64,000 nucleotides of DNA from Chrysomallon squamiferum (lineage: Eukaryota > Animalia > Mollusca), in the NCBI GenBank assembly GCA_012295275.1, contig CM022673.1, forward strand, positions 13,206,001-13,270,000, in the 5' to 3' direction. This document shows positions 14,244-27,345 of the stretch, in pieces (positions within the stretch are counted from its first letter, which is position 1; each line of letters starts with the position of its first letter). The notes under the pieces were generated by a model, which did no database searches, was not told the DNA's origin, and saw only the letters and a program-made list of their open reading frames with translations. Made by a program: the position numbers and the translations under genes.

Positions 14244-15629
14244 GATGCTCATTTGAACACATAAATAAATGAACTGACACAGAAACATCATGTCAAATAT
14301 GTACCATATATACAGACAGACAAAGAAACAAACAGACAGAAAAGGAGAGAGATAGAAAAAGAGAGAGACAGAAAAAGAGATGGAAAAAGAGGGGCAGAAA
14401 AAGAGAGAGATCAATAGAAAGAGAGACAGATGGAAACAATGACTGATAGAATGAATAAAAAAAAGAAAAAAAAAAAAAAAACACAGACAGAAATGAAGAA
14501 AGACAACAACAACAAAAAAAAAGAAGAAAAAGTAACAAAACAAACAAAGAAAAATAAAAACTAAAAAAAATGGCTGCTATAAAAAAAAAAGATCAGTAGA
14601 AAATGACAACAATTATGTGAAAGAAGACTCACTCACTCATGACATTGTTAGAGAGGATGCATGTAACATGCAATGCTAAATTTATCTAATTATCACGTTA
14701 ACAGTGTTAGAATTGAAGCCGAGATAAATTAATTTTAAAATGTCAAAGTGTTGTCTTGATTAAAGTCATTAATTGCAATTGAACTTCAGTGTTAAATTAT
14801 CTCTTCCAAAGTCCTCGAAAAGTATTTATTATTGTCCAATCAGAGCTTGACTTTTCATTTACTCCTCTATGATTCAGCCTCTTTCTGGTGACATGGTGTG
14901 GTCAATGCTCCATTTAAAGTCACCGTCTGGCAATTGTCATCTCATTTCTCACCCAAAAGAGCATATTAACAGTCTTTAGTTGTCTCCCTTGAGACCATTT
15001 TAAATGACATGGACACCATTTGTAAAATTCATCAAAAAGTTTTATTGGGTTAAGTTCGATTTTAAGAAAAGCAGAATTCCATATTGTATTTCTTAAATGA
15101 GCCAAGGAAAATTCATTCTTTGTTTTAAACTGAAGGAATTTATTGTACCCTAGCTTCAGGTTTTCTCTTCTTTTTTTTTTTTTTTTTTTTTTTTTTCTTC
15201 TTTTTCTCTTTGACTGAAGAAAGAAAGGAAAATTTAATATCATTCCTTCTTCTTTATTTTACATTGAATGAATGAAAGAAAAAATTAATGAGTGAATGAA
15301 TCAAAGAATGAAGAGAATAATGAAGAAATAACGACAACAAACACTTTTCACATTACTGATTGTCAACAAAATGATGTGGGTTTTTTTTTTAATATCCATT
15401 TTCATACATCACAGCTTTAACATGATGACTGACATTTTACTCCGAGTTTATTGCATGACCTTCCATTTGATATCAAGTTTATATCCCAGGTGAAATTATT
15501 TTTATTTCATTTCAAATCCTGATGTCTGAGAAAATGTGGAGTCTCGCTGGAATACCCAGCAGAAATCTGACACTTTCTGACATTTTCTGTCTGCCCCACG
15601 TACATCGTCTGCATCAAAGTGTCGTCAGA

Positions 15630-16420
15630 CGTTGTTCACAGCAATCTCAGTTTTATTTTAGTACGTTTCAGTAAAATTTTCATTAAATAATTTAAACTCT
15701 ATTTTTGTATGTAAGTTTCAGTAAATATTGTTCACAGTAATTTTTTATTTTAGTACGTTTCTGTAAAATTTTCATTAAATAATTTAAACTGTATTTTTTT
15801 TATGTTAGTTTCAGTAGATATTGTTCACAGTAATCTGTTTTATTTTAGTATGTTTATACGAAATTTTCATTAAATAATTTAAACTGTATTTTTGTATGTA
15901 ACTTTAAGTAAATATTGTTCACAGTAGTCTGAACTTTATTTTAGTACATTTAAGTAAAATTTTCATTAAACAATTTAAACTCTATTTTTGTTATTAGCTT
16001 TCAGTAAATATTGTTCACAGTCATCTGAACTTTATTTTAGTATTACTATAAAATTTTCATTAGATAATTTAAACTTTATTTTAGTATGTAACTTTCAGTA
16101 AATTTGTACACAGTCATCTGAAAATTTTACAAAATTTTCAAAACAATTTAAACTCTATTTTTGTTATTAGCTTTCAGTAAATGTTGTACACAGTTATCTG
16201 AACTTCATTTTAGTATTACTATAATATTTTCACTAAGCATTGCATGTAATAATTTGAAATTTATTTTGATATGTATCTATGTACTTTTCATTAATTATTG
16301 TACATAATTGGAACTGCATATTAGTGTGAAAGTTTCATTAAATATTACATATAATTTGAACTTTTTTTTTTTTTCATTAAATATTATACAAAATAATTTG
16401 AACTTTTGTTTAATATTATG
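15630..16420. repeat. AT-rich minisatellite with ~95-bp unit
   Basis: GTTCACAG recurs at 15634, 15730, 15823, 15917 and 16013 with conserved intervening sequence. The array decays toward the right end. Confidence 0.9.
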
Positions 16421-17559
16421 GCTATATTGCAGTTGTAAATTATGTAGCAAACTTTCAAATATAATAATTCAAAGTGTTTGAAAATAAAGAAATTATTGTT
16501 TAATGATAACAACACGTCACAATAATATTTGCTTATGAAGCATAAGTTGCACTTTTCTTTTATTGTTATGAAAAGATATCACCACAGGACATCACATTCC
16601 ATGGTGTTTGATTACTGCCTGCAGTGAGAAATATTTGGTATGGGAAATAGCTTACATGTCCCATTATAAAATCGTTAAAACATAGAGATACATATCTTGA
16701 AGAAATAAACAAACAAAAAATATATATATATATATTTTTTTTTTCTTATCTCCTGCATCAATGTCAATAAATTTTTACAAATCTGATTTAATTATTTTTT
16801 TTTTTTTATTGCTGAAAGGAATCTTTTATTTCACCACTAAAAAAAGTCTTTCTGGCATCAGTTGAGGTGAGTTGGCAAACGTTTTAGTCAAAGAATGTTT
16901 TATCGTCCATTAAAATGCCATACCCTCCCCAAAAACAGAATTAATTAGTCTGTAATATATATATATATATACCCTCCATCAATGAAAATCAATATTTATA
17001 AATGCTATTCGACACAATGAAAATGCTAAAATGATTTGTTGTTTTTTTTTCACCATTTTCGTGTTTTTCTTAGAAGATCCATTTCACCTACATTGAAGTA
17101 TTATTTTTCCATACATTAATCTCCTCCCTTCTTTAATGATATACACTGCATTCACAAAAAAAAAAAAAAAAAATATTTATTACTCTTATCTAACATTATT
17201 TAACAACCTACCCCTCCAAAAAAAATTTCCTTTTTAAAAAAAAGAAATTTCCACTGATGTAGAGATTTTTCTCGGGAGATATATATTTTTTTTGGATGGA
17301 TTTTTTTTTTTTTTTTTTTTTTTTTTTGGTTTCGCTGCTGCTATTAACTGCCTGACACCTAGGGATATGTTTATTTTTTATTTTTTATGTGGTGGCATTT
17401 GGAAATCTTGCACCTGCATCTTGATACTGACGCATTGCACCATGGGCAACTGTGAGATCAAATTAATCCTGAGCAACAACATTAACGTTCATCACACTGT
17501 CCAGTCTGTGCAGACTGTTGTATCTGACACTTATGTTCTGAGACTGTTACTGTTGCAAA

Positions 17560-17640
17560 TTATTATTATTACTACTGCTATCATTATTATTTTATTACTA
17601 TTATTATTATTATTATTCTTATTATTATTGTTATTAATAC

Positions 17641-17680
<40 letters not shown>
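17560..17680. repeat. (ATT)n-type trinucleotide repeat
   Basis: Imperfect ATT run. It is the source of the poly-L, poly-I and poly-N ORFs. Confidence 0.9.
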
Positions 17681-17682
<2 letters not shown>

Positions 17683-20600
17683 AGAAAGAAAAAAGAGGAA
17701 AAAAGAGAGGGAGAGGGTGAGACAAAAAGACAGAAAAGGAGACAGAGTGAGTGATGAAAGAAAGATCAGAGATACAGAAAGAGAGACACCCTGCACAGAG
17801 AGAGAGAGAGAGAGAGAGAAAAGAGAGAGAGAAAAAGAAAGAGAGACAGACAGACAGACTGAGAATGTTTTACCAGCTTGGTAGAAGTCAGACAAAAATC
17901 AGGCTGTGTTCCCCCACCCAGCCAGTGTCCCACAGTGTGTGTATGTGTATTGAAATAAAAGAAAATGTAGCTAAGAGTCTATAAAAACAAATTAGAAAGC
18001 AAAGTCAACACTGTTTTGAGAAATGTCCAGATTCCTCTCTCAGATTAACTGAAATAATAAAGCTTTCTTTGAATGTTCACTGCAAGACACAGACAAAACA
18101 GAAATCATCAACAAGGAATGCTTCTAGTTTTCTTTTCTTTCATTTTTTACCTTCTTGTTAACAAAAGCACCCAACAGGTTAAACATTCAGGTGTTTTCTT
18201 GTTTATTATCGTGATATTATTATTGTGATCATTATCATTATTATCATTGTCATTATTATTGTTATTATTTTTATCATCATCATTATCATCATAATTATTG
18301 TTATTGTTATCATTATCATTATTGTTGTTGCTGTTGTTATTGTTACTGATTTAAAGCAGTTTGGAGAATGTGTGTTTATTTGTGTGCATTGCAGACAGAC
18401 TGACAGACAGAGGGACAGAAAGAGATCAACTAATTCTGTGAATATATGAAAGTATGAATGTGCATTATCTATATGTGTGTGATAGACATTCAGACAGACA
18501 GACGGACAGACAGAGAAATGAACCAGCTGATGTAAATGTGTAATTGTGTATATAATGTAGACACAAAATCGTTTATATCATAAAACATGTATAAACCAGA
18601 GTGTACAATCCATAAAGCACTAACAATATTCATTACTGTACTTTATAATCTCTCTATAATATTACTACACAGATTAAACTCCAATGTATTTACCAGCATA
18701 ATCAATGTACACTGTACACAACTATAGATTCCACTCTGTTAATTATATATGATTTTCCTGCCTGATCAGAAAACACAGATATTATACTAATGAGTTGGTA
18801 AGTACTACATACAAAACAGCAACTTACAGTTTTCATATACAGTGAAACCATGTTATAACTGAACTCTGTTTAATGAATTTTAGAAATAATTTTTTTTTTT
18901 TTTTTGAATTATGAGTCTTTCTTTTTTTGGTTTTTTCCTTTCTTCACATTTGTCTTGTTTTCATCTCTTTCTTTCTTTCCTTTCTCATTATGTCTACTGT
19001 CTGTTTATCTGCCTCTCTTTGTTTTTTTTGTCTGTTTCTCACTCACTGCCTTTCTGTTTCTCTGTCTCTGCATTTGTACTTTGGTGTGTATTTGTCTATG
19101 TCTGTATCTACACACAGTTTTATATGTGTTTGTCTGTGTATTTGGTATACATGACTGTACTTATATATACCTTATGATCTTGCGTTTTCATTTACATGTT
19201 TATTAAATGTTTATCACATCACAGAAATAAATGTACATTTTAATACATTAACAAACAGCAACCTGAGTGTCTGTTAATTTGTGAATCCACTGTATTACAA
19301 CTGAAAACCAACATGCAATTTTCATGTCTGATAAAATGTATCATTAACTGTCAATTTTCTACATGACAATTATATTTACAAGGAGTAATAGGTTCAATAA
19401 ATCATGATTGTCAGTATTTGATTATTTTCCCATTCCAACCCGCCTGGGGTCTGGAAATAAACTGTCTGGATGATAATTTAGATGATGATTATTGTAATGA
19501 TGGTGGTGGTGATGATAATAAAGATTTAGATATTAAGTATGTTCTTGATGTTGACGATGATAATGATGATAATAATGCAATGATAATAATAATAATAATG
19601 ATGATAAAGATGATAACACCAAGATGATGATTAATGTGAAGATTTTTGATGATTACTATAATGACATAGAACACATAAAGATACAAATAAGGACAACAAT
19701 GATGATGATGATGATGAGGGTGGTGGTAATGATGATTATATGACTGTGATGATGATGATGATGACGAGGGTGGTGGTAATGATGATGATATGTCTGTGAT
19801 GATGATAATGAAAAATAGTTCATATTTCAAGAATTAGAGGAGAGTAAAATCTTACCAAGACTTATTAATCCGAGTTCAAAATTCAGCAATGAAGAGCAGC
19901 CATTCAGTGTAAAGCAAATTACTAAGTGTATGGCTTCTAGTATTTGATGAAGAAAAAAAACTCAAAAAAGTAATTTTCTGTGTGAGTGATTTGAGTTTGT
20001 TGAGTTGTGTGAACTGTAAAGAGTAATTAGAAAAGCAAAGAAGTTGACTGCAAACACAGAGAAGTATTTGTACGTTATGTCTGTCTGTGTGTCCATGTGT
20101 GCGTGGGTGTGACTGTGTGTGTGTGTGTGTGTGTGTGCTGTATGCATGTCTGTCTGTATGTGTGTGTCTGTGCAAAGAGAGAGACACAAGAAAAAGATAG
20201 TGAGAAAGAGAGAACAAAAAAATGAAAAAGAGAGACAGTAAGACAGCCACTAGAAAGTAATGAAAAAAAATTCAGAAATAAATCTTCAGTAATTCAAATA
20301 CAAAACATTATTTAAGAGGTTTTATAAAAAATGCTTATTTCTAATTTCCAAAACTTAATGAAGTGAAGTTAATAATAGCAGATTTTTACATTAAAAACAA
20401 TGTAGGTCAAAAAAAAAAAGAAGAAAATTTTAAACTTTAAAACATAATACATGAAAATGTAAACAGAACAATAAACAACAAAAAACAACAAAAATCTCAG
20501 CAAAGAAAAAATCAAATTTAACCAATTTCCTAACAATGACATTGATAGACACCATCCTTTTTTCTTTTTTCTTTCTCTCTTCCTGTCTCTCTTTCCTTTC

Positions 20601-21978
20601 TTTTTCTTTTTTTTTTTTTTTTTTTTTGTGTGTATGAATGTCAAGAAACGAAATAATTTTAAAGAGGCAAAAAAAAAAAAAAAAAAAAAAAATTCATAAT
20701 TTGAAAATTGAGAACACGAAAAAGCAATGAACCAGCATATTAAAAAGCAGAAATACTTTAATTACAATATTTAGTGAGAGACAGAGATTAAAAATTAATA
20801 TTGTTTTATTAAAAAAAAAAAAAAAAAACTTTTCTTGAATGCTGGTTGTGTGGGATTTTGTAGCCTGCAGGTTTTGTCCCTGTTGCAGACAAATTATTAA
20901 AGAAGTGTTAAAATTCTCTAATTATGTTCCTGCCAATATTTGAAGACTTCCTTTGGGGCTTGATATGACATCCTTGTCATTAAATCCTCAATTTGATGAT
21001 AATCTTGTGTTAGGCTGCTAAGTCCTGTGTCAGACATCAGACCATCAAATATATATATAAATATGTTCAAAGATGAATTAAGTAGAATAAGTCACGTTTC
21101 TAAATTATCTCCCTTGAGTTCTCACAAGCCACAAAGCCATCAAAATTGTTTTAGTTATTATAAGAGTTAACCTTTTCACCTTTTGTTTCAGTTATTGTAA
21201 ATTAAAAGCACAGATATATGAGTCTGAAATTCAAAAAAGATTCTGTATTCTGTGATAATGATAAGGCTGCTATATTTAGCAAACACTTTTAAAATTGGGC
21301 TTTTTATTTGTTTTTATATCCAGTCAGTTAAACAAGAAAAATGAATACAATTTATTTTATAATTTGTATTCTCTGTGTGTCTGTCTCTATGTCTGTATAC
21401 ATGTCTGAGTACATTTAGATATATATTTTGAAAATAAAACTAAGATATACAAAAACATAAGCTCTCTCTTTAGATGAAAAGAGACAAAATATATTCACAC
21501 ACACACACATATAAAAACTGATCCATAAAACATATTAATAAACCCTTTGTTGTTGTTTTTTAAATCTTAACTAATAAATATTAAAATTATTTATGATGCA
21601 CTTTATCTCAAACAGCATTTAACAAAAAACATGTGAGCCCAACAACCAATTGAAAATTATTAACAAGCTCTTCAACAACCCCCAAGTGGCAACCTAAAAA
21701 CCTCAAAGTGCTGCAAGAAAATACTTTGTTTTGTGAAACAATGATCAAAGCTTTGCACTTTTCTTAATTAAAGACAAAAAAAAAATTTAAAAAATTAAAA
21801 AAAAGAAAAAGAAAAATGATGAAAAATATAAAATAAAATAAAAAATAAATTTTTTGATAAAATTATTGTAAAGGATAAAAACGATAATAACAATAAAATA
21901 ATTTTTAGAAAGAAACTGTTAATAAATTTATAAACTGGGGATAAAAAATGATTTAGAAAGATGAATTTGATCAAATTA

Positions 21979-21983
<5 letters not shown>

Positions 21984-22029
<46 letters not shown>
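21984..22029. repeat. Poly(A) tract, about 46 nt
   Basis: Homopolymer run. Confidence 0.95.
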
Positions 22030-22030
<1 letters not shown>

Positions 22031-22089
22031 AAAGAAAAAGATTATTAATTAACTGTAAATAACATTGTACAAATGTGTCTGTCAGTATG

Positions 22090-22575
22090 TGCTGTAGCAG
22101 TAGCAGTATTAGCAGTGCAGTAGTAGCTGGAGCAGTAGAGGTAGCAGCAGTACATGTAGCAGTACAGGTAACAGTAGTAGTAATAGTAGGGGTAGCAGAA
22201 TTAATAGAACTGATTGTAGAAATAATACTAATAGCAGCAGTAGTGTAGTAGAACTAGTAGAACTAAGTAGCATTTGTAATAATAAAATTATAGCACATTA
22301 GAACTAGATGAAAAAGGTAGTATGATATTAGTAGAAGTAACAGCATTAAAGCATTAGTATAATAGTTGTATTATACTGGTAGTAGTAGCAGTTGTAGTAG
22401 TAACAGAAGCAGTGGACGTCAAAACAGTAGTAGCTGCAGCAGTTGTAGCAATACTAGAGGTTTAGTTGTAGTAGTAACAGAAGCAGTAGAAGTCAAAACA
22501 GTAGCAGTAGTAATAGCGTAGTAGTAGTGGAAGAAATAATCTAGTAGCACTGGTAGCTGTAGTAGTAGTAGTGTA
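22090..22575. repeat. Degenerate (GTA/GCA)n trinucleotide region
   Basis: Cryptic AGT/AGC repeats with an internal duplication of AGTTGTAGTAGTAACAGAAGCAGT. Confidence 0.85.
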
Positions 22576-23494
22576 GAATACATAGGTTCAAAGATGAATA
22601 TAACATGGGCACAAATTTTTAACTGTTTTTTTTATTAATTTAAACACTTTTTTTTTTTTGAAAATTACTCTTTAAAACATTTAAATTTTTAATATTTTAA
22701 TTCTATTTATCGTAAAAACATGATGCTGGAAGGACAGACGTGTGTAAATTTCTAGAAAAACAGCAGCAGCAACAACAACACTGAGCGACGAAGAAAGCGG
22801 CAGATGATTTTCTGCGACAGGATATTAACAAACACCCCGTGGCAGTCCTCTTGGGGTTAAAACCGAGCAACCTCCGTATCACCAAGGTGATTAAGAAAGC
22901 TAATTTCCCGGCCCCAGACAATTTTCAAAAAGGAATTTTTACAAATGTCACCCACTGATTGTGTCCATTCTGCCAGTTTGTTAGATTTTTTAAAACTATT
23001 TTTGGTTTCTTTTGTCAACTTGTTTTTCTCGTTCGAGTTAAATAAGAAAAAAATATAGATGGCTAGAAAAATCCAGGATAAAGGAAAGGAAATTGTGATA
23101 ATTCTAAAAAAATAATAATAAAAAAAATAAATAAAATATCAATATTATTTTTTTTTTTAATAATAAAAATAAATAAATAAATAAAGTCTTTAAAAAATAA
23201 AAAGTGAAATAAACACTGCAAAAATAATAAATGAAAACAAAATACAAGTTAACAATAATAAAAAATACAAAATAAGAAACTGAAATGAAGCAGACAAAAA
23301 GCAGTTTCTATAAAACCAACAATACTTATTGTTTCAGTTAAATATTGCATTAATAAAAAGTCATTAGATTTTTACTATCTATACATATATTTTATAATAA
23401 AACACGATTTTGTAATTACAACAATAAAGATTAGAATCATATTTCCTGGTACACTTTTTACTTTCAGACAAGACATCACAGATCAAAATCTTTA

Positions 23495-23617
23495 ATACAC
23501 CAACATCGTGCTCTGGCTGGATTGGGAAACAGCTGAAAGGGACACCAATAAGGATTGACCCTGCAGTCACAAGCTTGCTGAGTCTACACTACTTTTGGAT
23601 TGAGGCCTGTAACTAAG
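23495..23617 (-). mobile_element. Decayed SINE, 5' part
   Basis: CTGGCTGGATTGGGAAACAGC...CCAATAAGGATTGACCC is approximately the reverse complement of GGGCTGTTTCCCAGTCAAACCAG (26962) and TTTTCCCCAATCAGCCCAG (36818). Confidence 0.65.
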
Positions 23618-24556
23618 CATGTTATAAAACTATATATGTTCTAGGTTAACACCAGCAGAAGAAAAAAAATCAGTAAAAAAATAAAATGTAATTTTTTTTT
23701 CTTTTTTAAATTTAAAAAAAATTACCCTCATTTGAAATTGCAAACTTACATTCTCAAAGTTCATTTTATATTTTTTTTTTTAAAATACAATTTTTTTTTT
23801 TTTTTAAAACTATCCAAGAAATATGACAGGTGACCCCAAAAACCATTTCCTGCCAAAAGTGTGGAACAAGGCAAGCTAACAAATGTCGTAATGGCATGAC
23901 GCAAAGTTTTCAATATGGAAGTAATTTACAGACTCGCCAGGATAATGTGAACTCAGTGCATGCAACAATTACACGTGAAACTTGTAACATCTTCGAATTA
24001 ATGTCTAAGCCAAATATCTTTACAATTTTTAAAACTTTTTTACTATCTTTTTTTCTTTTTTTTTCTGTTTTTTTGTGGGAGTTTAGGCATACTGGAATGA
24101 AAATTGTTTTTTAAAAGGAGAAAGCACTTGATCTATTGAATCATCAATTTACTTTCGTTTCATACTTGACAGTTTTTACTTGCAACCCTAAAAATTTGAG
24201 ATCAGGACATACAAGTGTATTGACTTAAAAATCAGTTCTTGTCGTTCAAACGTTTTTAGTAAAATTGAGCAGGTTACAGTCAAAGAGTACAAATTTTATT
24301 TTTTTATTTTTTATTTTGGAGGGGCAGGATAGGGATCCTTTTATAACTTTAGTTTCAAAAAAATAAGAACAAATTTTGATTATAGACTAAAATATTCTAC
24401 TATTTAATTTCAGATACCAAGTGTAATGATCATAGTAAAACTAAATAACAGTAACAAAAAAATTAACAGTAATGATAAAGATGAATATAATAATACTAAT
24501 ACTGATGGCAAAGAATTGCAACAACAACAATAATAAATATGTATGACTGTACATAC

Positions 24557-24587
<31 letters not shown>

Positions 24588-25611
24588 AATATGTATGATT
24601 TGTTTATATGTACATATATACATGTTTGTGTCTGTATATATAAATATGTGTGTGTGTGTGTATGCATGTATCTGTAAGAAGGTAAGTACGTCTGTATGTG
24701 TTTACAAGCATGTAAAGGTATGAGATGAGTGACTGTACGGCAGACTCTCTCACACTAAGCCCACCACTAACACGAGACAATTACGCTGAACAGAAGTGTC
24801 ATACATGGCCCTCGGCTCAGTTCGCATCTATTTATCGAGCAGCAGGAACTGACCACTGTTGTTTTCAATATTCCCCATTTGCCAGCTTCTGAGACAACAG
24901 CCGCAGATAACAGTGTAATGGCAGTTGGGCTCAAATCTGGCACCGGATGAAGAGTGGAAATGCAAGGAAAGTACTCCATTTAGAGGTCTTTTTAATGGCA
25001 TCCATCGCGGAAGGAAACTGTTAAGAATGTAATCCTGACTACAATTCCTCTAAGTTCACTAGTGATATTGCTAATTAGACTGAGAGATGGAAGTCTCTTC
25101 AACTCTAAAGTTGCATGGTGATCTGGAGTCTAAGCAGAATTTTTTTTTTTTAAATTGTAAAAAAAAATTTCTTTCATGATTGCAGAAGAAGAGGTAAAAA
25201 AAAAATAGATGGGGGGGGGAAGGAGAATTAGAGATGAGGGAAGGAGGAGAACGAAGACAAGAAGAAGAGGAAGTGAAAAAACCCTCCTCGTGTTTTGTCA
25301 AATTTTAATAATAAAAAAATTACTTTAAAAAAAAAATTAAAAAAAAATTAAAAATCTGTGCATACTGACAGTCACCTTATTAGTTTTGTAAAAGACAATC
25401 AAGAACAGTTATTTTTGTCAATAGAAACAAAAGACAGTAATTACAGCTGACAAAATGATGATTTACATAGTGTTTGTATCTTTTAAAAAAAAAGTAGTGG
25501 TTTTTTTTTGCTGATACAGTTCTTCATGCATAAATTATTATTAAAATAAAATAGTCAAAAACAATAAACAAAAACAGAAACTGAAAGATTTGGAAGATGT
25601 CATACAGTAGA

Positions 25612-26050
25612 ATGAACCTTGCATTGTTAAATACTGAAGTTAGGTTTTTAAAAAAAACGGCAGTTCTTCCTTACAGTTTGCACTATGCATTGTTAAATAT
25701 CAGTTATGTGTCAAAGAATCACAGTGTACCATAATTTATTAAATATTACAGATATGTTTCAAAAAGTGGCAGATCTCCCGTAGAGTTTACATCATGCATT
25801 GTTATTAAGTGTTCAAGTTGTAGTGGAGAGAAACGGCAGACCCCCTACTTGTATGAAAATATGTATCATGCAGTGTTAAATATTCAACTTATGTTTTAAA
25901 AAGTGGCATTCCTCCTTAACTAGTCTGTACCATGTATTATTAAGTAACAAGTTAAGTATGAAAGACGTGGGCGTTCTTCTAAGCTGTCTGTATCATGCAT
26001 TGTTGAATATCCAAGCTATGTTTGACAGGAGTGGCAGTCCTCCCGTCAGT
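25612..26050. repeat. Degenerate ~60-70 bp tandem array carrying the GGCAGTCCTC motif
   Basis: About 7 units of consensus CATGCATTGTTAAATATTCAAGTTATGTTTNAAAAAGTGGCAGTCCTCC...GTCTGTAT. Confidence 0.85.
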
Positions 26051-26890
26051 CATCAGTCAGCGAATGTTTTAAGTATCATCCAAGCTAGTAGTATCATGTG
26101 ACTTGTGTACCTGCCCGTGTCATTTCATGTTCACAGAGCAACCATCAATAACACTCTAAGTAAATGTACAGATAGCAGCTTTCCAAATACAGTGTAATCA
26201 GACTGTATGTAAGTGTCGTGGGTTAATAGAAATGTCTGAACAAATTGTTGTATACACACAGCATGTGAATTTGTCTCAACTCAGGCGTGGCAAAACATGT
26301 GGACATAAATAAAACAAACCCGATTCATTTTGTCACAGGTTGTTTAATCATTCTAAAACAAACTATCTGTCACACGGTTTTCTCTTCCCCCCCCACAAAA
26401 AAAGATGTAATATGAAGAAATTAGAATGGGAAATCAAGTAATGAATTTCACCACGAATATGTGTTCTTAAGCACTAGTATTTTGAAGATATTGATACAGC
26501 TATTAACCTGTGTGTGTGTGAGTGTGTGTATATAATAAATAATATTTTTAGCTAATACAAAAAGATTAACACTGTTTTGTTTAAGAACATTAAATATATT
26601 CTCTTACACATGACAATTATACTAATTCAGACTCAGATGCCCAGACAGCAATCGATGGACACAAATATAGATTTCATTAATTAATGACAATAATTATTTT
26701 CTCTGTTTGTTCATCTGCATGTGTAGAACATTTGTTTTTTTTTGTTTTTACAAGAAAAACAAGAGTTATAATTACGAGAGGGAATGGAACCATCTGATGA
26801 CATTTTGTGTAGAAATGTGACAGGAAATTGTGGCAGTCCTCTTGAGACTAGAATCAAAGATTTTCTTCTTCTTCCTCATCTTCTCTACAG

Positions 26891-27050
26891 CAGTAATTAG
26901 TGAGCTCGCCCAGTGATGTGTGGTAGATTACAGGATCATTTCTCTAAGCCAAATACACACTGGGCTGTTTCCCAGTCAAACCAGAATGATGTGATAGGTA
27001 AAAGTGTAAATTTTCATTCTATATAAAAGAGTCCTAGTAGCTATTTGCTA
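26891..27050 (+). mobile_element. Decayed SINE, probably tRNA-derived
   Basis: Ordered blocks GAGCTCGCC..TGATGTGTGGTAG..AGGATC, CACTGGGCTGTTTCCCAGTCAAACCAG and TATATAAAAGAGTCCTAGTAGCT, collinear with the copy at 36765-36980. Family assignment is from memory of a gastropod SINE and is not verified. Confidence 0.6.
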
Positions 27051-27259
27051 ATACAAGATCAATAAATGATGGCAATGTATTTCTTTTTTTCAATATCATT
27101 AATTTGTATTTATTATTATGTGTTAGGAAATCAATAAATTAATAGATATTTACTTTATTTTTAATTTTTAATGATATAAGAACTAATATGACAGAATAAA
27201 CTGAGTATTTCCTTTTGTGGTTAATTGGACTAAATGTAATAATTGGCATCAGGAACATT

Positions 27260-27345
27260 CAAACAGCAAAGGATATTTTGTTTACATGCACCATCCCATA
27301 AACCTGAAAGATTATACAACAAACAGTGGAACCTTCCCATAAACA
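27260..27345 (-). mobile_element. SINE middle-domain fragment
   Basis: AACAGCAAAGGATATTTTGTTTACATGCACCATCCCATAAAC matches the 11080-11480 unit and the reverse complement of 36870-36920. Confidence 0.55.

Noticed and set aside
20845-20890. TGGGATTTTGTAG resembling a miR-193 arm
   Set aside because: No complementary arm nearby to form a pre-miRNA hairpin. I recognised no other conserved miRNA by eye.
22755-22886. Possible plus-strand coding exon (ttctag|...caag|gtgatt)
   Set aside because: Stop codons in all three frames.
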